Shown here: positions 51,581 through 61,205 of the stretch, piece after piece | Numbering within the stretch: the stretch's first letter is position 1 | Layout of the letters: each line of letters starts with the position of its first letter | Origin: Bacteroidia bacterium | GTDB taxonomy: Bacteria; Bacteroidota; Bacteroidia; 2-12-FULL-35-15 | Assembly (NCBI GenBank): GCA_020051175.1 | Contig: JAGVJJ010000011.1 | Coordinates: 5,509 to 69,508 of the forward strand | Length of the DNA stretch: 64,000 bases | Direction of reading: 5' to 3' | Translations under genes and position numbers: made by a program | The notes under the pieces: model-generated | Database searches by the model: none | What the model was told of the DNA's origin: nothing | The model's input: only the letters and a program-made list of their open reading frames with translations

Positions 51581-52696
51581 TTAGTATTTAATTAACATGC
51601 CTTCAGTTAAATCCAAATAACCTGACGTTATTAGCTTGTCGTTTAGGTTTAATCCCTTAATTATTTCTGCTTTGCCGTTATAAATCTGCCCAAGAGTAAC
51701 ATCCTTTCTTATGGCAATTTCTTTTCCGTTTTTGACGCCAACAATATAAACATATTCAGAAGTGCCTGAATGTTGGACAAGGTTGAGTGGAACTACAATG
51801 GCTGAATCCTTATGGTAATCAACAACCCTTAAAACAGCAATCATGTTCGGCCTATAGTCTTGATTTTGTGAATCTAAATCGGCCTCCGCACTAAAAGTTC
51901 TGGTTGTATTATTTATAACTTTAGAAGTATAAGATATTTTTGATGGAATTTCTTTATTTAAATCAGGTAAGAAAATTACAACATCGTTTCCTTTTTTCAC
52001 TTTTGAAGCATAGGATTCGGAAATTTCAGCTTTCGCTTTTAATTTATTAAGGTTGACCACCCTTATTGCCGGCATACCGGGCATTACTGATTGACCTATT
52101 TTTATATCAATCGCATCAACTACCCCGTTAATGGGTGATTTTATTTTTGAAAGCTCCATTTGCTCTTTTAAAGTTGAAATTTTCTTCTCTAAACTTTCCT
52201 TATTATTTTTAGCAGATAAAAATTGTATTTCAGTGCCAATTTTCTGATCCCACAAATTTTTCTGTTTTTCATAAACGTCAGATGCAAAAGCAAGTGCGTT
52301 TTTTAGTTCCTCCAGACTTTGATTAAAAACGGAATTGTCAAGTTCAGCGAGCACCTGTCCTTCCGAAACCTCATCCCCTTCATTCACTAATATGCGGTCA
52401 ACAGTTCCAGCCATTTTAGCGCTAACAGTTACATTTTCGTCACCATCTATACGGCCTTGAACATCTATAAAATGCTTGAAGGTTTCAAAAGTAACGGGCT
52501 TTATAGAGATGTCTTTTATTTTTAGATTACTAATTGTTGTATCACCACTTAAAGCAATCTCATCTTCAAGTTTTTTTATTTGCTCTAATAAATCAGAACT
52601 TTGCTGCTTGAGTTTTTCCAGTTTGGCCTTTTTGTCTCCCGATCCGCAAGAGGCTATTAATCCTGTTATGAAGATTATAAATACTAATTTTTTCAT
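51581..52696 (-). CDS. RND membrane fusion protein (lipoprotein)
   Basis: lipobox IASC, EGDEVSEGQVLAELD, IKSPINGVV, RPNM. Confidence 0.93.
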   Translation of the reverse strand: MKKLVFIIFITGLIASCGSGDKKAKLEKLKQQSSDLLEQIKKLEDEIALSGDTTISNLKIKDISIKPVTFETFKHFIDVQGRIDGDENVTVSAKMAGTVDRILVNEGDEVSEGQVLAELDNSVFNQSLEELKNALAFASDVYEKQKNLWDQKIGTEIQFLSAKNNKESLEKKISTLKEQMELSKIKSPINGVVDAIDIKIGQSVMPGMPAIRVVNLNKLKAKAEISESYASKVKKGNDVVIFLPDLNKEIPSKISYTSKVINNTTRTFSAEADLDSQNQDYRPNMIAVLRVVDYHKDSAIVVPLNLVQHSGTSEYVYIVGVKNGKEIAIRKDVTLGQIYNGKAEIIKGLNLNDKLITSGYLDLTEGMLIKY

Positions 52697-52735
52697 ATGT
52701 TTTGAGTTGTTTTATTTTTAAGTTTATTCTTTAAT

Positions 52736-54082
52736 TTATTTTATTGCACCTGCGGCCTTTTCATAGTCAACTTTTGCTGTAAAATAATCGTACAACGCAT
52801 TATAATAATTGGTTTGAGCCTCTTTTAATGCCGTTTCTGCATTCATAACTTCAATGCTCGAACCATTGCCTTGCTCATATTTTATCTTTGCAACATCATA
52901 AACCTCTTTCGCAAGTTCGATATTGGTTTTTTGAATATTTAATGTGTTCAAAGAATTTAATAAACCTGATTTAGAAGTTTCAATTTCCAAATCAATAGCA
53001 TTCTTTAAATTATCCATATTGTTAACCGTCTTCATCAAATTAACTTTGGATTGCTGCAATCTATAATGATTTTGAAAACCATCGAACAAAGGAAGATTTA
53101 TAGTCCCTCCAATTATTCCAATCGGATACCATTTTTTGCTGGCGTCAAAAAAGTCAAACTCGTTTCGTTGCGCTTGTGCACTGTAATTACCATATAGAAA
53201 TATAGAAGGTAAATATTTTAATTTACCCCTCTTCACATCAAGTTCGTTTAGTCTTTGTTGAGACTCCAATAAAGAATATTCAATCCGATTTTTATAGTTT
53301 AATTCACCGGTAGAAGAAATATCAAATACCGGAATATTATCAAGATGTAGGGAGTCTGTAAGGTTTATTTGAGATTTAATTTCCATTCCCATTTGAAATT
53401 TCAAAATACTTTCCGTCAGCCCAACTAAACGATCTATTTTTTCCTTTTCCGAAAGCAAATTATTATAAGCAACAGTTACACGTGTAACATCAATTTTCTC
53501 AACAAAACCATTTGTGTTTAATGATTTGGTGTCTTCAACTAATTTTTTCAAACGATCCACATTAGCTTGAAGCAATTTCAACCTTTCTTTGCTCACCAAA
53601 GCGGTATAATAGGCTTTAGTAACTGTAGCTTTGGTTTCAATTTGTGAACGCTGATAATTTTTTTCTGATAATTCTAAAAATGACTTTGAGGATTGTAAGG
53701 CAACGATGTAGTCACTATTAAAAACAATCTGACTAGCCTGAATCGAGCCTGTAGCGTTGTATTTTACACCAAATTGCACTGGAATGTAGGTTCCGGGAGG
53801 CGCGCCAAAAAATTCTCCAGGAAGTAATTGCGTTGGTAGCTTCTCATAATCTTTAACATCAAAAGAAGAAGATATTTGAGGAAGCCCCATACCTGTTATT
53901 TCTTTTTTCTTATACCTTGAGGCATCAATATCCAACTCGGCATTTTTTATACTAGAGTTATTTGCTAATGCAAATTCAATTGCTTCTTTCAATGAAAGGT
54001 TTTTTGCAGGCTCGTTCTTATTTTGAGCAACTGTTTGAAAAGAGATGACAGCGCCAATTATTATTATTGAAATATTTTTCAT
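52736..54082 (-). CDS. TolC-family outer-membrane efflux protein
   Basis: LSLKEAIEFALANN, YLPSI, LPLFDGF, AETALKEAQ. Confidence 0.93.
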   Translation of the reverse strand: MKNISIIIIGAVISFQTVAQNKNEPAKNLSLKEAIEFALANNSSIKNAELDIDASRYKKKEITGMGLPQISSSFDVKDYEKLPTQLLPGEFFGAPPGTYIPVQFGVKYNATGSIQASQIVFNSDYIVALQSSKSFLELSEKNYQRSQIETKATVTKAYYTALVSKERLKLLQANVDRLKKLVEDTKSLNTNGFVEKIDVTRVTVAYNNLLSEKEKIDRLVGLTESILKFQMGMEIKSQINLTDSLHLDNIPVFDISSTGELNYKNRIEYSLLESQQRLNELDVKRGKLKYLPSIFLYGNYSAQAQRNEFDFFDASKKWYPIGIIGGTINLPLFDGFQNHYRLQQSKVNLMKTVNNMDNLKNAIDLEIETSKSGLLNSLNTLNIQKTNIELAKEVYDVAKIKYEQGNGSSIEVMNAETALKEAQTNYYNALYDYFTAKVDYEKAAGAIK

Positions 54083-54085
54083 AAA

Positions 54086-54706
54086 TTATTCGTCTTCATT
54101 TATTTGTCTGTATTTATTTATTAGTTTATGCCCTTTCAAAGTAGTTATACCATGTAAATAATGATCTAATAATTCAATTTGAATATCCGCAATTTTGTAT
54201 TTTTCTTTATGAAATAACAAAGGATTTAAAGCCATTTCAGTTTCTTCAATGCGCAGCCTGGCTAAAATTTCTTTATTTATTGTAAGCCTGTATAAACCTT
54301 CTTGAATACCTTTTTCCAAATTTTCCACAATCATTTGAAACAAATAATTTTCTTTAAATTCTTTAAACTGTTTCCAAACAACAGGATGGTATTTTTGCAG
54401 ATCATAAAATACGTGTGGGTTTATTTCTGAAAACATTTCTGCTAAATGTTCCATTAAAAGAATAATCTCCTGTATTGAATTATTTGATTTTTTAAATATG
54501 TGTTCAAATTCTTTTTTGTTTTCATTAATATTTTTTTCAAGTAGACATTCAATTAATTCTTCTTTATTCTTAAAAAATAAGTAAAGAGTTTTTTTCGACA
54601 TCCCTATATGCCGACAAATATCATCTACAGTTACTCTCTTTAATCCATACATAAAGAAAAGTTCCTTGGCGCCTTCAAGAATTTTATTTTGATGTCCTTT
54701 TTCCAT
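54086..54706 (-). CDS. TetR/AcrR-family regulator
   Basis: VTVDDICRHIGMSKKTLYLFFKNKEEL; upstream AAACTAT-N10-ATAGTTT palindrome at 54728-54751. Confidence 0.94.
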   Translation of the reverse strand: MEKGHQNKILEGAKELFFMYGLKRVTVDDICRHIGMSKKTLYLFFKNKEELIECLLEKNINENKKEFEHIFKKSNNSIQEIILLMEHLAEMFSEINPHVFYDLQKYHPVVWKQFKEFKENYLFQMIVENLEKGIQEGLYRLTINKEILARLRIEETEMALNPLLFHKEKYKIADIQIELLDHYLHGITTLKGHKLINKYRQINEDE

Positions 54707-54826
54707 ATAAGAGCGACAAAACTATGAAAACTATTTTACATTACATAGTTTCCGTTTAGTATAATTGCACATTCATAAATTTATAATATTGTATATCAGC
54801 ATTATACAATTATATTTTTTATATAT

Positions 54827-54849
54827 GTTTAAACAATATTCGTTTAACA
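54827..54849. promoter_or_regulatory. tandem GTTTAAAC operator, copy 3
   Basis: GTTTAAAC-N7-GTTTAACA. Confidence 0.5.
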
Positions 54850-55065
54850 ATTTGAGTAATAACCAAAATATTGCGGTAAATTGAGTTTTTTTGCTTGGAT
54901 ATGTTTTCAATTGTTGAAAGCCTTTCTATCCGTGGAAATAGATTTTTATTAAAATAAACCGAGAGCTGCTCAGGGACGCAAATAGCATAAAACCAAGAAA
55001 ATCAATAATTTATTTAGTAGTCGATTTTGATTTTTTGGTAGCTTTGTATTTTGAAACAAATAAAT

Positions 55066-55515
55066 ATGACTAAAGAAGGATTAGAGTTTTATAGCTTTGT
55101 AAATGACCGGCAAAAAGCATTAGTAAATATCTATTTCACAAATAACTGGCTGCATAATAGGTACCATGCAATTTTAAAAACCTACAATGTCACCGCTCAA
55201 CAATTTAATATTCTTAAAATTTTAAACGAAAATTATCCTAAGTCAATGATGATTTCTACTATTAAGCAACAAATGCTTGATAAAAGTTCGGATGTGACAA
55301 GATTGGTCGAAAGGCTTTTAGAGAAAAATTTTATAGTTCGCAGGCCAGACCCTAAGAACAAGCGAAAAATTAATATAAAATTGAATATTATTGGTCATAG
55401 CCTTGTTACCAAAATGGATAAGGATATCAGGAATTTTGAGGAACTTGTGGAACATTTATCTGATAAAGAAATTAAGCAACTTAATTTACTATTGAATAAA
55501 ATTAGAATGAAGTAA
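55066..55515 (+). CDS. MarR-family regulator, paralog of 46248-46697
   Basis: QQFNILKIL, MLDKSSDVTRLVERL, terminal KIR. Confidence 0.92.
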   Translation: MTKEGLEFYSFVNDRQKALVNIYFTNNWLHNRYHAILKTYNVTAQQFNILKILNENYPKSMMISTIKQQMLDKSSDVTRLVERLLEKNFIVRRPDPKNKRKINIKLNIIGHSLVTKMDKDIRNFEELVEHLSDKEIKQLNLLLNKIRMK

Positions 55516-55625
55516 TTGGTTTATTCAAAACTTGAAAGAAAAAAAGAGATCAATAAAATTGATATTGTAGTGATGGGTAAGTGAGTTAATTCCAAGCTAA
55601 AAATTACTTATAATAATAAGATTTA

Positions 55626-55700
55626 TTACCACTCCTGGTAAATTATTTTTCGTGGATCAACCTTTGTACCTGAAGGGGTAGTGAGTATCAAATGCAAATT
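55626..55700 (-). pseudogene. diverged copy of the 3' end of the adjacent M23 gene
   Basis: NLHLILTTPSGTKVDPRKIIY versus HLHFTLTDPSGAKVDPQKMIY; 46/63 nt identical by hand alignment. Confidence 0.75.
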
Positions 55701-55756
55701 AGTACTAGAACTTACTCAGAGTTCCTTTAGGCAAACAGATATTTCAGAGATAAAGA

Positions 55757-56299
55757 CTATACAACATTTGAATAAATCATCTTCTGCGGATCAACTTTTG
55801 CACCTGAAGGATCAGTAAGGGTAAAATGTAAATGTGGCCCTGTACTCTTTCCGGTACTGCCTGATAAGCCAATAACATCACCTTGTTTTATTTTATCGCC
55901 TTTCTTAACCAGCTGCTTGGAAAGGTGTGCGTAGCCGGTTTTATAGCCATTATCATGCTTAATGATAACCTGGTTTCCACCATCACCTACTGAAGTAACT
56001 GCATCCACAATACCCGGCATTGGACTTTTAATAGGAGTATTTAACGCAACAGCTAAGTCAATTCCATTGTGAAAGGCATTTTGCTTGCCTGTTTTGGGAT
56101 CGGTACGATATCCGAACTTGCTTGTAATCTTAGCAACTACCGGGCGAAGCCAGCTTTGGGCTTTTTCTGCGGCATCTTCAGCAAGCTCTTTTATTTTTTT
56201 CCTGTTCCTGTGAACGAGGACACCAATGGTAATTAAACTGGCTGTTATCCCAAGTCCCCAATAAATTTGTTTGCGAGTAATCTTCATCGTAAATTTCAT
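55757..56299 (-). CDS. M23 peptidase with N-terminal TM anchor
   Basis: HNGID, YAHL, GKSTGPHLHF. Confidence 0.93.
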   Translation of the reverse strand: MKFTMKITRKQIYWGLGITASLITIGVLVHRNRKKIKELAEDAAEKAQSWLRPVVAKITSKFGYRTDPKTGKQNAFHNGIDLAVALNTPIKSPMPGIVDAVTSVGDGGNQVIIKHDNGYKTGYAHLSKQLVKKGDKIKQGDVIGLSGSTGKSTGPHLHFTLTDPSGAKVDPQKMIYSNVV

Positions 56300-57051
56300 T
56301 TTTTTACATGCTTAGTAGCAAGCGACTTCTTTTTTACCAAATGTCTTATCAGAAAAAAAGCTCCTATTCCCAAAGCAATCACTGTTATTCCTATCACAAC
56401 TCCACCTTTATGTTCCTTTACTACTTCTTCCGCATCAGAGAAAAATCCTGTTGAATACATGGCAACTATTTTCGCCATCCGGTTTAAATAGCCTTTTTCA
56501 TAAGTAAGCCCTTTGAAAAAACTCTTTCTGATATCCGATAAGACGGTAAAGAATTTATTATCTGGAAGACTGTTTATCTTTTCGACCTCGTTATCCGACA
56601 GCTCAAAGGACTTGTATTCCTGAACAGTACCAGCGCCCATCAATTTATTAATGGCCTGACGAGTATGAAGTGGCCCGTAACTACCGGAACCATATACGCT
56701 GTCAAATACCAAGTGTGCAACAGGCTGGCTTTTAATTTTATCTCCCTGAACAGCATCCCAAAATTTTGTTTTTGCAATCTTCTGTGCAAGTTCAGGAGTG
56801 AGATTTTTAATTTCTTCAACAGTCGGGCATCGCTGAAAATAGTCGCCATAGGCAATAGCCGAAATACCAAACTTTGTTCCGATTAGTTTGCTGCCAGGCT
56901 TTCCTTTGGCAGGACAATAATTAGCAGAATCATTTGCTAACTGCTGATACCCACCTTCAAACCCTTTTGTACCCTTCCATATTGGAGTGAAGCTACCCAT
57001 TGTCCTTTTCTTTACACTTGCATTCTTTTTCTTTAGGAGCAAAGCGATCAT
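56296..57051 (-). CDS. GH108-like lysozyme with C-terminal TM anchor (start may be 57000)
   Basis: FEGGY, GTKFGIS, LT..AQKIAK..FWD, GYLNR; hydrophobic C-terminus. Confidence 0.8.
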   Translation of the reverse strand: MIALLLKKKNASVKKRTMGSFTPIWKGTKGFEGGYQQLANDSANYCPAKGKPGSKLIGTKFGISAIAYGDYFQRCPTVEEIKNLTPELAQKIAKTKFWDAVQGDKIKSQPVAHLVFDSVYGSGSYGPLHTRQAINKLMGAGTVQEYKSFELSDNEVEKINSLPDNKFFTVLSDIRKSFFKGLTYEKGYLNRMAKIVAMYSTGFFSDAEEVVKEHKGGVVIGITVIALGIGAFFLIRHLVKKKSLATKHVKK

Positions 57052-57125
57052 ATAAATTAAGGATCGTGCTTGCAGTTATGGCAAGCAGAAATAATGTGTA
57101 AAGGACTTTCATCCCTTTGCTTTGG

Positions 57126-57482
57126 TCATTCATGCTCTTGTGTTTTTGATAGTTCCTTTAATTGATTGCGTAGCTGTTCGTTTTCTTTCTCTACGTGATC
57201 TACTTTCTTTTCCAGCTCAACAATTCGTTCACGCTGGCTCTCGATCTGTTTCTCCAGCTCTTTGTTTTCTTCAGCAACGGCTTCCAGTTCTTTTACTCTT
57301 TTTTCAAGCGTTTGCGACCATTGAATCCAGTTCTCAGAGATTTGTTTTTCCGATTGTGCATTCAGGTTTCTGATCTCAGCGGATTGTTTTCTATTATCCG
57401 AGCGGAAACGGATCAGCAGTTCTACCAATTTCCAAAAACCGGTTGCGCTGAATAGTATGGCTATTAGTTTTATATAATCCAT
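57126..57482 (-). CDS. N-terminal TM plus coiled-coil protein (holin-like)
   Basis: TM LIAILFSATGFWKLVELLI, long heptad C-terminus; next to lysins. Confidence 0.7.
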   Translation of the reverse strand: MDYIKLIAILFSATGFWKLVELLIRFRSDNRKQSAEIRNLNAQSEKQISENWIQWSQTLEKRVKELEAVAEENKELEKQIESQRERIVELEKKVDHVEKENEQLRNQLKELSKTQEHE

Positions 57483-57493
57483 TTTATTAAGGT

Positions 57494-58780
57494 TTAAGGC
57501 GTTTCATAATCAATTTCGAGTGTCCAGTGTCCGGCAATAGCGATACTGCTTCCCAATGCGCTTAAATTGGTGAATTTGGTAAGGTAAGTTCCGTTGCCAA
57601 TGGTGAGGTTCTTTACATCATCTTCCACATATCGGAAGAAGGTGATCTGACCTGGTCCTAACTGGAGTTTGGTTGTTACGTTCAGATAATTGCTGAAGGG
57701 ACTGCCGTCCCGCTGCATGGCGAAATTTCCGCTGTCAAAGCTGTTTGGATTATTTACATCCAAATTCCTGATATATCCTTCCCAGGACAACGAGGCCTGC
57801 CGTATAGTAGATCCTGCCGGAATACCGGTTACAGGTATAATACCGAAATGATACTCTGCTGCCCCGGCTGACAATACCTCTGATTCAGGAAGTGAATCGG
57901 ATTGAAAACGAATTTGTGTTCTCATCTTGGTTCTGCTGTTTAAAAATGTTATGAGCTTTAATGGCGTAATGAATTTGGTATCATCTAATCCTGATGTTAC
58001 TTCTGCTTGTGTCGCTATCCGGGCAATTCCTGCAAGCGCAGTTGTTGCTTGTACCAGGTTTCCTTGTATCACATTCCATGATGCTCCTGTTGTGAGTTCA
58101 TTGCCTCCGAGATTATCCGCTCTGCAATAGATCACATCACGCACCTGTACATCTGTTCCGCCTGGACCTCCAATTTTTCCTGCAATGCTTGCAGTGTAGG
58201 CATCTCCTTTTTGTCCTGCGGGATAATTTGGATTAAGAGAACAATCAATTAATCCTTTGTCTTCCCAAAGTCCGGTAACCTTATCGGCTACATACTGTGC
58301 GAGTTTTTGAGGCGTAACTGCTCTTTGATTGTCCACGCCCTCATTGACTTCGGCCTGTGTAGCAATTTCAATCATTCCCATTACTGTTTCCGAAGCAATG
58401 GGAAAAACGATCAGCGGAGGCGTTACATGATTAGCGAGTTGGAAAAATTGACCATCATACACCAGCAGGTAAACTTTTCCAACGACAAGATCCTTGGAAG
58501 AAAGATTAACTAACGTGTCTTCAACGATCTTTTTGATGATAACTTCTCCCTTGTTATTTACATTCAGTGTTGCACTGTCTTCATTGGTAATATTGAAAAT
58601 AACATTCAAGGGCATTCCGGTACGGTATTGCGTAATAGGAGGGGTAAGCGTTACAGTGTACTTATTTGCTTCCTGACTATCCGCAATACCATGTCCACCG
58701 AGAGAATGTTCAATCGGGAAATCTCCTAATAGCTTAACATTATTGAGATTAAGATCGCTGTCATATCCGCCACCTGCCAT
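57494..58780 (-). CDS. phage fibre/spike-like protein 2
   Basis: two ATQAEV..G.D....TP.KL repeats, shared GLWEDKG domain, distinct C-terminal domain. Confidence 0.75.
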   Translation of the reverse strand: MAGGGYDSDLNLNNVKLLGDFPIEHSLGGHGIADSQEANKYTVTLTPPITQYRTGMPLNVIFNITNEDSATLNVNNKGEVIIKKIVEDTLVNLSSKDLVVGKVYLLVYDGQFFQLANHVTPPLIVFPIASETVMGMIEIATQAEVNEGVDNQRAVTPQKLAQYVADKVTGLWEDKGLIDCSLNPNYPAGQKGDAYTASIAGKIGGPGGTDVQVRDVIYCRADNLGGNELTTGASWNVIQGNLVQATTALAGIARIATQAEVTSGLDDTKFITPLKLITFLNSRTKMRTQIRFQSDSLPESEVLSAGAAEYHFGIIPVTGIPAGSTIRQASLSWEGYIRNLDVNNPNSFDSGNFAMQRDGSPFSNYLNVTTKLQLGPGQITFFRYVEDDVKNLTIGNGTYLTKFTNLSALGSSIAIAGHWTLEIDYETP

Positions 58781-58794
58781 TGTTTTTCAATTTT

Positions 58795-60498
58795 TTAGGA
58801 TGGTGGTTGCGTTGGGTGAAACTCTAATGGGAATTTTGCAACGTAAGGATTGATATTGAAAAGCAACTCATCATTCGCATCATTGAATGTTCCAAACAAT
58901 GATACCCTGCCATTGCTATCAATACTATACATAAACCGTTGTCCCTGGTTGCTCAGTAATATCCCAGAAAAGCCCGGACCTCCATTCACAGGTTTTGGAA
59001 AATTCAATACATGGGTTGCAACTACCGCAGGAACAATACTCGGTTTAAACCTGAAATCTCTTACCACAACAAGGTTTCCGTTTATGATGGCAATTTGATT
59101 TCTTCCCGGAGTAAAATTGAAATTGGGATTAACGTTTGCTACCGGGAGCAAAAAGATAGATTCACGATTGATATAATTATTTAATCTTACTTGTAATTTC
59201 AGAGGTGTGATAATACGGGTGTCGTCCACACCTGCATCAGCTTCGGCTTGTGTAGCAATTTCTGCTATACCTTTGATAACTTCAGTAGCCTGTTGTACAA
59301 CTGCATTTAACAGCGTGGTCAATTTGAGCGGAGATACATAGCTTGTATCATCTGCTCCTGCATTTACTTCCGCCTGAGTTGCACGTTCTGAAATTCCTGC
59401 TTGAACTTCGGTAGCAAGCTGTGATGCAAACCAGGTAACTAATTTTAAAGGAGTGATATGTCTTAGATCATCCACACCTGCATTTACTTCAGCTTGTGTT
59501 GCCCGTTCGGAAATACCGGCCTGTGCTTCGGTTGCAAGTTGAGCAGCAAACCATGTTATAAGTTTTAATGGAGTAAGAAATTTGGTATTATTTACTCCAG
59601 CCGTAATTTCTGCCTGTGAAGCAATTTGAGCAAAACCCGCAATGGATTCAGTCGCCTGAACTAAATTCGATTGAATAATATTCCATGCAAAGCCTGCTGT
59701 TTCTTTATCGCCTCCGGGATTGTTCTGAGTACAATAAATAACATCCCTTACCTGTACATCGTCTCCAAATAAACCACCTATTTTACCAGCTACGCTGATC
59801 GTGTAAGCATCCCCAACCTGACCAGCCGGATAGTTTGGATTGGTTGAAGCATTTATCAATCCCTTATCTTCCCATAAGCCAGTGAGCTTATCGGCAACGT
59901 ATGCTGAGAGTTTGGCTGGGGTAACGAATTTTGAATTATCCTCACCGTCATTTACTTCAGCCTGGCTTGCGATCATGGATATCCCCGGAACAGCTTCGGT
60001 AGCAACTTTGGTTAAGAACCAATTTGTAAGTTTTAAAGCGGTGATGTGTCTTTCATCATCCACTCCAGCATTCATTTCTCCCTGCGTAACCCTCTCTGAT
60101 ACACCGGGAGCAATTTCGCTGGCCATCGGAAGCGGAGAGTTATCGTCCAGGTTCACGACCTGGAATACTGCTCCATCATAAATTAAAATATACTCCTGAT
60201 TAGCCTTCAGATCATTCGGGTCAACATCCACCAGGTTGTTATCAACTATCTTTTTAATTGGAACGTTGCCTTTCCCGTTCACATTGATAAGTGATGCGCC
60301 TGTATTTGAATTTTGGAACTTTACTTCCAGTCTTTGTCCATCGCGATATTGCGACAGAGGCGGGTTAAGTGTAAGTACATAGCCATTTATTCCGGTGGCA
60401 ATCCCGTATCCACCAAGCAAATGCTCAGCAGGAAAATCCCCAACGTAGTTAATGCCATTGAGATTTACGTCACTTTGATAACCTCCTATGAAGCTCAT
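58795..60498 (-). CDS. phage fibre/spike-like protein 1
   Basis: six ~40-aa ATE..G....ATQAEVNAG.DD...ITPLKL repeats reminiscent of T4 gp34 repeats. Confidence 0.8.
   Translation of the reverse strand: MSFIGGYQSDVNLNGINYVGDFPAEHLLGGYGIATGINGYVLTLNPPLSQYRDGQRLEVKFQNSNTGASLINVNGKGNVPIKKIVDNNLVDVDPNDLKANQEYILIYDGAVFQVVNLDDNSPLPMASEIAPGVSERVTQGEMNAGVDDERHITALKLTNWFLTKVATEAVPGISMIASQAEVNDGEDNSKFVTPAKLSAYVADKLTGLWEDKGLINASTNPNYPAGQVGDAYTISVAGKIGGLFGDDVQVRDVIYCTQNNPGGDKETAGFAWNIIQSNLVQATESIAGFAQIASQAEITAGVNNTKFLTPLKLITWFAAQLATEAQAGISERATQAEVNAGVDDLRHITPLKLVTWFASQLATEVQAGISERATQAEVNAGADDTSYVSPLKLTTLLNAVVQQATEVIKGIAEIATQAEADAGVDDTRIITPLKLQVRLNNYINRESIFLLPVANVNPNFNFTPGRNQIAIINGNLVVVRDFRFKPSIVPAVVATHVLNFPKPVNGGPGFSGILLSNQGQRFMYSIDSNGRVSLFGTFNDANDELLFNINPYVAKFPLEFHPTQPPS
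59200..59660 (-). repeat. ~120-bp coding tandem repeats
   Basis: CCTGCATTTACTTC..TG.GTTGC.CGTTC.GAAAT recurs near 59357 and 59477; four consecutive protein repeats. Confidence 0.75.
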
Positions 60499-60520
60499 GG
60501 TAATTTATTTTAAAATATTC

Positions 60521-60940
60521 TTACTTTACAATGGCTACTACGCTTATTACGAAGAAGCCTAAAGCAAACAGGCGCTTTTGCCAGCGTTCACCCTTTAATT
60601 TCTTTTCGGTTTGCTGCACTTTTAAATGGAGGTCGCCAATTATTGTCTCCTGATTGAGGATGATTGTTTGTTGGTTCTCCGTTTTCATTTTCATTATCAA
60701 CAATGAACTGTCGTTAACGGCTTCCAACTGATGGAGCAGCTCAATTTCGCTTTCAGTTTGCATCAATACAGAATCACAATACCGACTGTTCTCCAAGTGC
60801 TTTGCAATGACTTTGCTTTGCGGTATGGTAAAGCAGAAAACGGTGTCCTTATTTTGTACCTGTACTTTCGGTGTTAAACTTTGAGAAGAAACCGAAAAGC
60901 TCATCGTTAGTAAGAGAATCAATGGCGTTAATCTTTTCAT
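60521..60940 (-). CDS. spanin-like component (signal peptide, coiled coil, C-terminal TM)
   Basis: overlaps the upstream gene by 92 nt; no lipobox. Confidence 0.55.
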   Translation of the reverse strand: MKRLTPLILLLTMSFSVSSQSLTPKVQVQNKDTVFCFTIPQSKVIAKHLENSRYCDSVLMQTESEIELLHQLEAVNDSSLLIMKMKTENQQTIILNQETIIGDLHLKVQQTEKKLKGERWQKRLFALGFFVISVVAIVK

Positions 60941-61205
60941 GCTGTTTAGTTTTAAGTTGTAAAATGGTTTGTTGTATGCCGGACATTCTTTCCTGAAGGC
61001 TATCTGCCCTCATTTGAAAGGATAGATATTTCTCATCCATCACTTTGTTGTTTTCCCTGAGTGAATCGTTCTCCGTTTTCAGGCGTTTTGTGTTTGCCCC
61101 GCATTCCTTCTCACTGTCCTTGCATGGAATTTTCAGTTCTATCGCTACGTACAGTGCGAAGCAGACAAATACAAGAATGGAGATTATAACATTACTGCTT
61201 TTCAT
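60849..61205 (-). CDS. i-spanin-like TM plus coiled-coil protein
   Basis: N-terminal TM, heptads, IDSLTNDEL tail. Confidence 0.55.
   Translation of the reverse strand: MKSSNVIISILVFVCFALYVAIELKIPCKDSEKECGANTKRLKTENDSLRENNKVMDEKYLSFQMRADSLQERMSGIQQTILQLKTKQHEKINAIDSLTNDELFGFFSKFNTESTGTK

Noticed and set aside
55626-55834. Diversity-generating retroelement TR/VR pair
   Set aside because: Differences are not adenine-specific and many are synonymous; no reverse transcriptase in the window
59200-59660. CRISPR array
   Set aside because: Repeats are degenerate, in-frame coding repeats without unique spacers; no cas genes
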